Notes under the pieces: model-generated
Database searches by the model: none
What the model was told of the DNA's origin: nothing
What the model saw: the letters and a program-made list of their open reading frames with translations, nothing else
NCBI RefSeq assembly: GCF_030144855.1
Contig: NC_082727.1
Location: 41,044,001 to 41,108,000, forward strand
From: Hypanus sabinus
Lineage: Eukaryota
DNA: 64,000 nt
Direction of reading: 5' to 3'
Translations under genes and position numbers: made by a program
In this document: positions 36,552 through 48,800 of the stretch, piece after piece
Layout: the number at the start of each line of letters is the position of its first letter
Position numbering within the stretch: the stretch's first letter is position 1

Positions 36552-36647
36552 CCAAGCATAATTGAGGATATGACCACATTCAAACGCAATTTACCACTCT
36601 TTCCATTGGCAAAGCCTCACATCAATTTCATGGCTGCAAAACTCTGA
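36552..36647 (+). CDS. IDE: IDE terminal coding exon (human exon 25 equivalent), ends in PTS1 tripeptide AKL
   Basis: TCTTCTAG acceptor; [31 protein letters not shown] then TGA at 36645-36647. The ten exons total 1176 nt = 391 aa + stop. Confidence 0.97.
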   Translation, partial: PSIIEDMTTFKRNLPLFPLAKPHINFMAAKL

Positions 36648-39580
36648 GATATGGAATACTGATCCAAAGGAAGGAAGATGTGACTGAAAAACATAAGTGA
36701 CAGTATTCGTTCTGCTGGGAATTGGAGAAACATTCATAGGAGATCATTTTTTAAGTGAACTCTTTGTGATTAGGAGAGTACAAAGCTATATAGTTGTTCT
36801 ACATATTTCTGCCTGTTAAAGGTTCAGCTACCTAAGTGGTGTTTTAAATATTGTCCATAGACGCTTCACACACAAGATTGGAAATCTACAAAACACTAAT
36901 GTACAAAACAGTGAAATAACACTGTATAATATGAATCAAATTTCTTTTGTGATAGAGCCTTATAATTGAAATCCATACCATGTTTTTACCTTGTACACAA
37001 ATTTTGTAGTTTTGAATTTTTGTGCTCATACATCTGGTAGTAAAATGATGGAAACTTTTTTTGGTCTCAAACTACTCTGTAATGTTGATATGCCAACCTG
37101 CAGTGAATTCATTTATTAAATCTTGTAAAAGTGACTTTGGGTGAATTTGGTTCTGTAGTTACCTGAAACAATGACTTGTGCAGTTAAGCATGTTTTTAAA
37201 ATTCCAGTGAATATGTTTGCACAGCGCTGCTAAAGCAGAGCAGATAGAGAAACTGTTGATAGGATGAAAGACCAGATGATGCATTTATTCTGAGAACTTG
37301 TGGAAAGCCTGACTGTAAAATAGTCTGAAAATAAGCAAGAGTTTGGGTTTATCTGGAAAAACTGTAAAATTTTATAAATCATTCCTTTGCACTACTGAAT
37401 TCTATTAGAGCAATTAATGCTTATAGATATTTTTGTTAAAGTAATAAAGGAATTGAGAAAAAGCACAAAAATTGGACCCTATTAAAAAGATTTTCTGTTT
37501 GCCCTCTTTTGTGAGCTTATGTAACTTAAATGTTTCATATCTAAGGACCGCATAATTCAAAAGCATCAGAAGATTTGAGTTCTGATGAAAGGTTTATCTC
37601 TGCAGATGTGCCGGCAGACCTGCTGGGCATTTTTAGCTTTAATTTATTTGATTTCCACAATCTGCGAGTCTTTTGGTTTTATATTGTTAGACCTGTTCTG
37701 TGTGCCAGTTCTTAATTCTTAGTTAAGTGACAATTGAAGACACAGTAGCAAATATCGAATTATCAGTAAGAGGGCATTAAAGGCAAGAACTAGAGATTTA
37801 GCCACTAGCTTAAAGCAGAACAGTGACAGTAAAAGTTACATAAATGCATCATTTGTATATAATCAGTGTATCAGGATGGTTGTAATCACTTGCATATATG
37901 ATAGCACTGCATTAGTATCTCTGTGCTGTCAACAAGGGTATCAACCATGAGATTTACAATAAGACTTAGTAGAATAACTGATTATGGCTATCAAATATTG
38001 CATGATATTGAGTAACGTACCAGGAGTCAAAAGCAGAATTCATGAAGCAAAAAATAAACAAGGTAACAGGCCATTATAGCCAAATGAAATTGCACTGAAG
38101 GGCAAGTAGAAATGATTGTTGCTACATTGTGTGGTTTTGGGAGCAGTCAACAACTATGGAGTCTCCTCTTTAACATTTGGCAATAGTTACTCATGAAGTC
38201 CTGCCAGTTATTTCCAATTTTACTTGTGGAGATCATTTGATCAACTTTGTAAGATCACAGTTCCTAAATAAATTTGTGTTGCTGTGAACCTGACATTCAG
38301 TGCAAAGTCAGTTTTATACAAGGTGCCCTTGTTCTAAAGTATGTAAAGACATTTTAACAAGCTTTCCCTGTCAATTCTACTATGCTGCTACACTGAGCTG
38401 ACTCTTATTTTTCCTTGTCACCCAGTATCACATCTTACCATGTAATAGTACAATTATTTCAAGAGATTTAAACATCTATTTGTACCAAGAATCTAGTTAG
38501 CAAAAGAAGAGTTGTCCATGGTAACACTGTGAGGCTTAAACACAGTGTGGTGAAACTAAGCATATCATATAGTCATTGATTTTACAAAATACTTTCAGAA
38601 TAGATGTCTTTGATTATAACTATTTCTCTGAACACCCACCCACTCATCCTCTGCTATTGCAAGTAATTTCCTGAAATGTTTTGGTTTACTGAGAATAGTG
38701 ATGCAGTATTTCAGAAATGGATATCACCTTGGAGTTGTGATCCTGCAGAATTTCAGAAGGTGTTTAGGAAATAATTTTTTCCTGTGAGATCATGGCTGAC
38801 AGACTGGGGAAAGTCTTTTGAATTAGACTGTATGTTTGAATCACATTCAATCTAGCAGCAAAAGGTACAGAATGTAGTTTGACATTTCAAGTTTATAATA
38901 TTAGATAAGGTTAGTAATAATAATTTTAAATAATTTTAAAAATATATTAGCATACAAACTTGTGTACAATTCTTTCACAAATTTCACTCTGCTGATGAGC
39001 TAAATGAAATATATATCCTATTTTCTGACGATGCAACATAGTTGTACATAGGCATCATTCTTGAGGCCAGTGATAATTTTTGCATTGTGGTACATACTGA
39101 ATATCTATTATAAAGTCAGATTTGGAATTAATATGGTGCAATATATAGACCAGAAAATTAGATTAAAAGCTAATACTTGAAAGAGAATTTATTTTGGTGT
39201 GACACATGTTTTCTAGTGGTCTCAGATCCTTTGCTGCAGTGATAGTGTTCTCTATTATGTTTCCAACATTTTACTGACTTGTGTAGCAGTGCAGATTGAC
39301 TCAGGCATATCCATGGATATCCATTTAGAGGAATCCAAAGATGCAGCTTTTTCCAAGCAATAACAGCCAACAGAGCATCTACAAATATTCACTCTGTTTT
39401 TATGGCTTGTGAATAGTTGATCAATTTTTGTTGACTGTGACATTAATTACTCAACAACTTGAATTTGAGTATTTTGGAACATTTGTTGTGGAACTGGATG
39501 TAAAAAAAAGTATAGCTACTGTACTGAAAAGGATGTTACTGTTCACAATAAAATAAACTCATGATCCTTCTCTGTCATCA
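36648..39580 (+). other. Probable IDE 3' UTR
   Basis: AT-rich, largely repeat-free stretch after the stop codon, ending at overlapping AATAAAATAAA. The end point is inferred. Confidence 0.55.
39547..39557 (+). terminator. Candidate distal polyadenylation signal (two overlapping AATAAA)
   Basis: CAATAAAATAAACTC with upstream TGTA motifs and downstream T/GT-rich sequence. Proximal AATAAA also at 37443, 38053 and 38267. Confidence 0.55.
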
Positions 39581-40330
39581 TTTGTTAATTGTCCAGTTTC
39601 CCAACTAGAAATACCTGGTACACAGTCAAATTTAAGTTTGAGCGTGCAATCTCTTGGCTCTATTTTGATCCTTTGTTCATGGTATTTCAAATTTGTATAT
39701 TTTAAAAAAAAGACACCTACCAATGCAAATGTTACATTCACCGTCCCAGTAAGTAAATACCAATTTATTTGCCTTTATAAAGTGATTGGCATATCCAAAT
39801 TAAATTGTATGTTGGAAGCCAAGGTGCTGAGAACTGCCAATCAGAAGGAAATTATCTGCCAATTTCAAAATAGTTTTCCACCCAGCTCCATTCAGATGTA
39901 TTTTGAAAACGCATGTGTAAATTCCTTAATGTGTTAACAATAGGAGTTTGTCAGCTTTGGCTCTCCTTGCATCCTCATCTTAAATCTGAATATTATGACT
40001 TTGAGATTGGATCACTAAGCACAGCCATTCCAAATGCCTTGTTTAGTCTAGAAAATCTTGAATACCCAGCCACTGCTTGATGTGTTGTGTTTTTCTTTCA
40101 AACGTGGTCGTTAATAAAAAAGGCAAACAATAGATGTCCATGCTTTACTCCTCTGGAAGACAGGCACTGCAGTCTTGTGAAGGGACTCAGTTATTGGACA
40201 AAGTTCCAATATTTAAACACTATGCTTTCATGTCAGGCCAAAAGGTGGCTTGTAGAGATGGGCGGTGTCCTCACGTGCTTGCTTCCCTCATCTGCCATGG
40301 TGCTGATGGTTTTTTTAAAAAAAAGTGTGA

Positions 40331-40510
40331 GGAGTGGCACAGTAGCGGCGCACTTTACAGTGCTGGGGTTTGTGTACTCTCCCCATAACTACAGGGGATC
40401 CCCCCCATCTTCCAAAACTATACAGGTTACTAGTTAATTTGTCACATGAGTGTAATAGAGCAGCACAAGTTCATTACACTGGAAGGGCCTGTTATTTTGC
40501 TCAATAAAAC
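40331..40510 (+). mobile_element. Degenerate V-SINE
   Basis: Collinear with the 53768-54019 SINE apart from deletions; tail GGAAGGGCCTGTT...CAATAAAA. Confidence 0.55.
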
Positions 40511-43500
40511 AAAAAGTAACAAGCTTATTTTGTACTTGTGCTGGTCTGTCATTGGAAGGGAGTAAGTATATGGGGTGTCAGGCAAATCTGGTTACTTTCA
40601 CTTAACATGATGCATGCCAGTGCATATCAAATGTGATGTATGATACATGCTGTGATATCATTGTCACACTGTTTTTATTTAAATTATTGCCAAGAGTAAA
40701 TGGGTCATGTCTGATAAATTGCCTATCCCTGGAAAGCATGTTTTCCGTCTACTGTTTATTACAGCTTTGCTATTTAGTGTGTCTCTGGCATTAATCACGT
40801 ACTCAGCTGCAGGGTATTCTTGAGGCTTGCCTGCCCATGTGGCAGGCTGCTACAGTTAACCATCTCCTAAGAACCATGCTCTCAATTCAAGTTTTCCAAA
40901 AAGCAATATATCCAGAAGCTGGCAGCAGCCACAAATCCTGTGAACACAGTAAATACCTGTGCCTGGACTACATTGGCACAAAGCTCTAGGTCATAGCCTT
41001 CCTGGACTTGCTAGCAGACAGATCTATCCAGACAAATGTTTGATTTCTGCTATATTCCACAGCCTGCTTTGCACTACAGTATTAAACTGGTACCCACTAC
41101 TTACTGGAAAGTAAATGCTCAGACTAAAAAGTATGTCAATCTGTGGGCTGCTGGTTTCAGAGGATTATGGACTGCACTCACGTCACCTGGAATACTGCTT
41201 GAGAACTTTCAACTGACCAAGACCATCACAGCTTGAATATTCAACTCATAGTTGACCACAAAATAAAATTTCATATGAATTCAGTGTTCCTGAAGTTTTT
41301 GCAGATTTCTTAGGTGTTCCATGTTAAATGCTACTTAGCAGTGAGATAGCAAGTGCTATACCCTCCTGCTGCCTCCCCTCAAACCTGGACTTTTGGGGCA
41401 GTTTTCTCAGTTGGGATGAAGTCTGATGGAGAATGTCAATAGGATCTTTGGGGTATAACTGGAGTTTTCAATTAATGCTCATTCTGATAGAGTTTCACAC
41501 CTGGTTATTCTGTGCAAACATTAGAGCCCAGGATTTTGAACCCTACTCCAGTGTTTATGCTCAAATTTCACAAGGGATTTAACTTGGGTTAGAGTCGAGG
41601 TGAAATTAAAAATTAACTAGATGCACTATTTATGTTAGTACATCTGAGTTTTTTCCTCATTGACTGTAGACTGAGTAACAGCACTACTTACAGAGTGTAG
41701 ACTTCCCCCCCCCCCCACTCGAATAAAATAGGTTTAGGTGCAATGTTGAAATATTTGTCACTCAGAGGGATGATGTGCTGATATCAGGAGATTTAACTGG
41801 GCAGTTTCAAAACCAATTGCAGACTGTTCAAACATCTTCCAAATTTCAGAGAGGGCTATAACTAATGGTATTTCCTCCCCAATTTAGCTGCTGAAACAAC
41901 GGGTCTGAGTACTGACACCACTGGTAGAAGTCATTACTGTAGACATGCCCATGGCAGTTATTGACCACACATGGGTTGAGGGTTGTGATAGCAAAAGGCA
42001 AAGGGATGCCCATTTCCAAAGAGCATTCTCCCACACAGAAGCCACGTCGTACCTAGATTTCTCTGAAGGTGTATCTGCAGGCACAGGTTTCTAAGGCTGA
42101 AATAAGTGAAAAGCTAGAGGAAACCCAGTGGCCATACTGTCCTAACCCCTGCTCAGTACGTGGGGTCAAAGTCATGCAGGCACTCAACTTTCTCACCTCA
42201 AGATCTTTCCAAGCAGCCACAGCATATCCCTGCCACAAATTGCTGCTCACCACTGCATCAGGAAGCTCACCTTGTCTCTGCGGCCATAGAGTTACACTTT
42301 CGTCTACTTTGATTTCAGCAATGAACCAAGCTGGCATCTAGGGCAGTGGGGTTGGACCACACTGACACCTTCCCACTAGTACAAGTTATCCCCGTCTTCT
42401 CCTCAGCACTAAAGGTGTTCACTCTCTTGACGGTTGGTTGTGGGTCATCGTGAGGGCTTCCTGATGATCAATGACATATTTCATGAAAGCATACATGTCA
42501 CCTTTGTCACCTCAGGGAGCAAAATAGTGGCCAGCCATTTTTTCCACAACAGTAATGCTTAGAAGGATAAATTCTTCAAGAGAAGGGCTACGCCCTAATT
42601 CCCTAGCACCGCTAATTTAGCAGATTTACTACCATGGCCGAGGACTTGTACAAGGACTTTACAAATGGAAGAATTATGGAGAAGGCGGCTGGTTTTCTAA
42701 AAATGAGATTTTAGTTCATTCCTGCGGTAGGTGCTCAGTAGGAGACTTCATTGAGGTGTGTGTATGTTGCACAATCTCGTCAACCAACTAATCAGCTGGG
42801 CTGGACAAAGAGCAGAAGATAGGCCCAGAGCCTGAAGAACACAAGAGGATGACGAAGGCTACGGGGTCAAATCCCAGCAGAGCTGAGAGAAGCATTGACT
42901 GAATGGGCTAATAGCAGTAAAAGTCTTTCCATAGTGAACCAGCTACATCAATGTTCTCAATGCAGACACCCCATTAGAATGCTTAGCACCAATACAGTTC
43001 ACTAATAACAAGCCATCGGAGTCTAGATAGCATAAAGTAAACCCACACATCCTCCTTTACACAAAATTATTTGTTTATATTTCTGGAGATACACCAAGGG
43101 ACCCATTTACCTATCTAAATAGAGGCTGTCATATTATTGCCCCAGATTTGAGAATCTCTCATGTGTTTGAACAACATAGCAATGTATTTCATGTCCTTAC
43201 AGGAGAATAAGCTGCTGATATTGAAGCCATTCATGGTGAATCATTTCAGTAAATGGATTATGGATTCATATGATCACAACGGATCAGCAAGTGAATCCCT
43301 AATTCAGTTATTGAAGTGGCTCACCATGAATGACTGGAGTGACAAAAGACTATTTGGACGGGCAAATGTGTGTCTTGGTGTATCTTCTGAAACATAAACA
43401 GATAATTCCCCATTGACTCTGTTCTGAGGACTCCCGTATCCTTTTGACTGAATCTTGGAACTGTCTTCCTCTCCCCTACAGTCTCCTTCCATGACATCCA

Positions 43501-43574
43501 GAAATATGTCAGGAGCTGATGTCTGGTTGCCATGGGAAGTATATCCATCAAACATTAATGTGCAGCAAATTGTT

Positions 43575-44090
43575 GTAAGTTAGATGCCACCTGGAGTATT
43601 GTATTCATTTCTGGCCACCCCACTACAGGAAGGATGTGGATACTATAGAGAGAGTGCGGAGGAGATTTACAAGGATGTTGCCTGGATTGGAGAGCATGCC
43701 TTATGAGAATAGCTTGGAGCAACGGAGGATGCAAGGTGCATAAGAATGATGAGAGGCATTGATTGTGTGAATAGCCAGAGGCTTTTTCCCAGGGCTGAAA
43801 TGGTTAACATGATACTGCGTAGTTTTAAGGTGCTTAGGAATAGGTACAACGGGAACGTCAGAGGTAAGTTTTTCACACAGAGAGTCTTGGGTGTGTGGAA
43901 TGCATGGCCAGTGATGTGGACAGAGGTGGATACAATAGGGCCTTTTAAGAGACTCTTAGATAGGTACATGGAGTTTAGAAAAGTAGAGGACTATGCAGTA
44001 GGGTAATTCGAGGCAGTTCCTAGAGACATGGTCAGCACAACATTGTGGGCCAAAGGGCCTGTAATGTGCTGTAAATTTCTATGTTTTATA
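43575..44090 (+). mobile_element. CR1/HER1 LINE 3' fragment
   Basis: LEYCIHFWPPHYRKDVDTIERVRRRFTRMLPGL and GKFFTQRVLGVWNAWP; tail GGGCCAAAGGGCCTGTAATGTGCTG. Confidence 0.88.
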
Positions 44091-44984
44091 TTCTATATTA
44101 TGTTCATTTTAGTCTTCCCCCATTTGGGAATGGAACAGTTCCTATTTAGCACATATTTCTGATTGTAAACCACCATTCTGATAACATTTTGGCCAAAGTC
44201 ATGTTTTTTTTTGTGTGTAGGGTCTCTGCCTGGAAGTAAAAATATGGCATTTAGCCTTTGCTTGGGATGGTCCAGAAGGAGCAGAGAACAGGAGACAGCA
44301 AAGGTAGAGAGTCTAGGTAGGTGGAGAGAACAGAGACTAGCTCTGGATGTACTGTCTGGGCTAACCTGGAGATTCCTTTGAGGACCAAGCCACAGGGTCG
44401 AGACTTGGGCATGAAACAACTGTGGAAATCCCCACAGCACTAATTTTTAATATTCAGTCGTCGAAGTTCTGATTGGGAGAGTTTACTGGCTGACGTTCAG
44501 TCTGAAGGACAGTACATTGCTCTGCCACCTACACGGTGTGAATTAATACATTTAATACATTTCTGATTTCCAGCCAAGCAACATCATTTCTACCAGATCA
44601 TTGTTACAAAGAAATTCAGTTCCATTAGAAGGATTTGTACTCATAATGATTTCTTAACAAACAAAAAAATATTCATAGAGATCTCAACAGAAAAGAATAG
44701 TAATCTTTAAGTTTCTACAGCTGAGGATTCTGTAAGTGAAAGAGAATTGCCGACATCGGTATTGAAACTTAGAAGGCAATGATTAAATGATGCTTGGTTG
44801 CATCATAACAGACTACTACAGCACGTAAAGCCTCATCAAATTGTCTCATGGGGCCCCATATGCTAAAATAATTTAAACATCTTTTTAAATGAATAGTAAT
44901 GTTAAAACAAAACTGACAAGAGAATTTATTGACATGAAGTAAACAAAGGACTGACACACATTATGAGTGGCTCACACCTAAGGC

Positions 44985-45342
44985 TTGCTGTACTTCACGT
45001 GCAAGTCTGCTGGGCTTGCCTGCTGCTCCAACTTTGTCACGCACATTCATTGCCCGCCACGAAAGCTGGGTTTCCTGGAGGCCACCCATTTCAATTTGAC
45101 TTCCCATTGCTGTTCTGACATGTTGTTTCATGGCCTCTTCTACTGCCACGAGGCCACTCTCAGGTTGGAGGAGCAACACCTCATATTCTGTCAGGGTAGC
45201 CGCCAACCTGATGGCGTGAGCATCGATTTCTACAACTTCCATTAATTTCTGACTTCTTCCCCCTTACCCTTCAGTCCTGACAAAGGCATTGACTGTTTAA
45301 TTCTCGCTGCCTGACTGGCTGAACTCCTCCAGCACTTTGTGA
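44985..45342 (+). mobile_element. Penelope-like 3' fragment
   Basis: HGLFYCHEATLRLEEQHLIFCQGSRQPDGVSIDFYNF, same family as 5505-6218; hammerhead motif partly deleted at ~45272-45295. Confidence 0.8.
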
Positions 45343-45536
45343 CCTACCACTGCTCCGTGGTGCCCCCACTATAGCTGTTGCCAGGCTGGAGAAAAGCTGG
45401 CATCGGTGCCAGCTGGAATGGGAGTTAGAATGCTTAGGTCCTAGTGAAGAACAGAACTTCCCTGCGACAAGGCAGAGCTGCTGTGATGCAATCCACAGAA
45501 TTTGTACCAAGAAACAAAATTAAATCCAAACCTATT

Positions 45537-45890
45537 GAATATTGAAAGGCCTAGATAGAGTGGACATGCAGAGGATGTTTCCTATAGAGGGAGAGTCCAG
45601 AATCAGAGGGCACAGCCTCAGAGGGACATCCCTTTAGAACAGAGATTGAGGAATTTTAGTCAGAGGCAAGTGAATCTGTGGAATTCACAGACATTTGTGG
45701 AGGCCAAGACACTGGGTATATTTAAAGTGGAGGTTAATAAGGCATTTAATTAGTAAGGGTGACAAAGATCATGGGAGAAGACGAGAGAATGGGTTTGAGA
45801 GGGATAACAAATCACCCATGATCGAATAGCAAAGCAGACTCGATGGGCCAAATGGCCTAATTCTGCTCTAATATCTTATACTATTATGGT
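45537..45890 (+). mobile_element. CR1/HER1 3' end
   Basis: Near copy of 59200-59300 + 61071-61297; ends GGGCCAAATGGCCTAATTCTGCTC. Confidence 0.8.
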
Positions 45891-48800
45891 CAATTTTGCA
45901 TGCAGCCACCAGCTCCTAGTTATCAGCTCCCTGCCTTTGCAGAGTGGTAAAAAATAAAAATCCTGGGAGGCAGGTTCTGCAGGGAGTATTTGAGGATTCT
46001 GTACTCCATGGAAACAGGCAACTCTACTGCACAATAGCAGCTGGGAGTGAGATTGCCAGCATGGTCAGACTGTAAAGGATATCCTCCTGGCTTTCCACAA
46101 ACTCTTGCAGAGTCAGGGATTGATCCTCCATGTTCCTTACCACCCAATGCATCATGTCTGGTAGGCCAGTGTACCATGTATTTTGGCATGCTTCTGCATC
46201 AGGCTCTCCACGTCTGCCCCTCCATCATAGGCTTCATTAGATTCTCTGGAGCAGTACTGATGAGCAATAGGAACACGAGGTCCTTATATGGCATTGGCGT
46301 CACCACAGCTCATCAAAATGTGGTGTCTCTCCATAAAATGCACAGGTCTCTGGGCAAGTTTGGCTCCTGCAGTGCCAGAATCTGAGAGTGTGTTAGGTGA
46401 TCAGTGGAACGAGACAGTGACTTCCTAATTCTCACCCACCTCCTCATTCTGCAGAATGATGCTCCTGCACTGAGGTGAGAAGGTACCTCCTGAAAATCTG
46501 CAAAAATGGTGTATGCAGTGGAATACAAAGGGGTCATTTGTGCAGTCATATACCCATTTATTGCTGTGAGGGAAGGATGTATGACAAAGATCAAGCAGAT
46601 AATCATAGGCAAGCCCTCCGCATCACTGAGCAAGGAAGCAACATCTGTCATTAAGGATCCCCAGCATCCAGGCCTTGCTCTTTTCTCACTGCTGCCATCA
46701 GGAAGGAGGTACGGGAGCCTTAGATCTTACACCACCAGGTTCAGGAAAATTTATTACACTTCAACCATAAGTCTCCTGAACCAGCGTGAATAACTTCACT
46801 CACCTCAGCTCCAAGTTGTTTCCACAAACAACGGGCTCACTTTCAAGGACTCTGTGTTCTTGGTATTATTTACTTACTTTAATGGGTTCATATGAAAGGT
46901 TTGTCTTCTTTTGCACAATGTTTGTAAGTCTTTGTTTAAAGATTGAAAGTATACTTATTATCAAATTATGTATGCAGTATAAAACCCTGAGATTCAGCTT
47001 CCCCACAGGCAGCCTCCTCCCATAACCTTTGACATCCTTACTAATTAAATACCTTATCAACCTCCACCTTAAGTATACCCAATGACGTGGCCTTGACAGC
47101 TGTTTGTGGCAGTGAATTCCACAAATTCACCACCCTCTGTGTAAATTTTCATTATTTTTATTGTATTCCTTTGTTCTTCTGTGAATGCCTGCAGGAAACT
47201 GAATCTCAGGGTAGTACATGATGACACATATGTTCTTTGATAATAAATTTACTTTGAACTTTGGAACCTAGGACATATGTGACATCCTCAGCTGTGTCTT
47301 TGGCTAGTGTGTTATCAGAAGGTCGGGTCCCACCTTAAGCCACTACTATGATTCAATTTAAAGTGCTTTTAAAATTAATAAACTACTTGATTTTTTTTGG
47401 CACAGTCAAACAGAAGGAAAAATAGAATGTAAAATCTTAAAAGGAGATTCCTCTTTTAGAGCTTGTATCTGGAGCTTAGGTTATTTGTCTTTATAGTGTC
47501 AGAATTAAAAAATAGTGAGGGCATGGCAAATTATGCAATTAAATGAAATATTTGTATAAAATCCAGGTCTGAGGTACGCTGGACAGAGGAGTTTGTAGTA
47601 GGGCTTGTGATAGCCTGATGTCAATTAAATAATTGTCTACTTGACATGTATCAGCTGAAGCCAACAATAAATATAAGAAGGTGGATTATTCTTGGTACCT
47701 CCCATGCTGCTGTTTGCAAGGAAGGAATTTAACCCAATGACATGGGACTCTTATATTATCTATGTCTGTCTACCAGTTTTGGTATGAGAAAACTTAACAA
47801 ATTTCTTGCTTCAACATGAGATTTTAACCTCCAGATTTGTACCAGATTACTATTTTCTGTTAAATGCTCACCTACATGGATATTGTGCCCCGCTCTTGAA
47901 TGTATGACATAATTCAAAGATATTGGATCTAATGTTATTGCCAGTTTCAATAATTGGACACTAATGCTTTGACCACTGTCGTTCCAAGAGCTGAGGGAGA
48001 ATAAGAGATTGGTGGTGAAAGATATTGTCATCAGGATGAAGGCAAGTTTGTCTCTTTGTGTTTGGAGTGAGGCCAAGGATCTGAAATATGAGTAGTTAAC
48101 ATCTTCAAAGTTAAAGTTTTTTATTGTCATATACATGTTTACAGGTGCAATGAAAAACTTACTTGCAGCAGCCTCACAAGCACATAGAGTCATAAATTGA
48201 CATTGGTATACAATCTCTGGAAATATGGAGATTCTGAACATTTTCATGACTTCCACGTGTGCTGATTGATATCTGCATATATGCCTGGAAACACTTTTAA
48301 CAATGAAATACCCCTTTCAATAATAGATTGCAGTGGTTCTTGATTGGTCAGAGTGTGAAAGGTTACAGGGAGACGGCAGGAGAATGGTGTTGAGAGGGGA
48401 ACGGATCAGACATGATTAAATGACAGAGCAGAATCGATGAGCAAAATGGCTTCCTTGAGATGGCGTTGCATTCAGAAGCAGCAACCACTCCATCTCCAGG
48501 TGTAGTCGGTCACCCTGGTTCAGAGAAACATTGTCTCATTTGACTGTATACATATAGATAAATGACAGTAAACTTGGCTTGACACTAATTCTGCGCCTTT
48601 GTCTTATAGTCTTATGTTCTTGTACTTATAGTCTTCATACTGGAAGTACACAATTTGCTGAATGGAAACCTTAGAGAGACTCCAAAATATGTTTTCAAGG
48701 TTAGTGAAGACAACATATTGAAGATTCTGTAGTGGTGGATTTAGATTTCCAGTTATCTCTAACAGAGGGGTAACAGAAACCTGTCTTCTCATTCTGGTGT

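Noticed and set aside
37575-37690. CTGATGA hammerhead-like motif in the IDE 3' UTR
   Set aside because: Stem II, GAAA and the cleavage triplet are deleted, so it cannot form a ribozyme.
45923-46630. Overlapping 88-112 aa ORFs in a moderately GC-rich block
   Set aside because: No identifiable domain; probably a very decayed retroelement next to a Rex1/Babar fragment.
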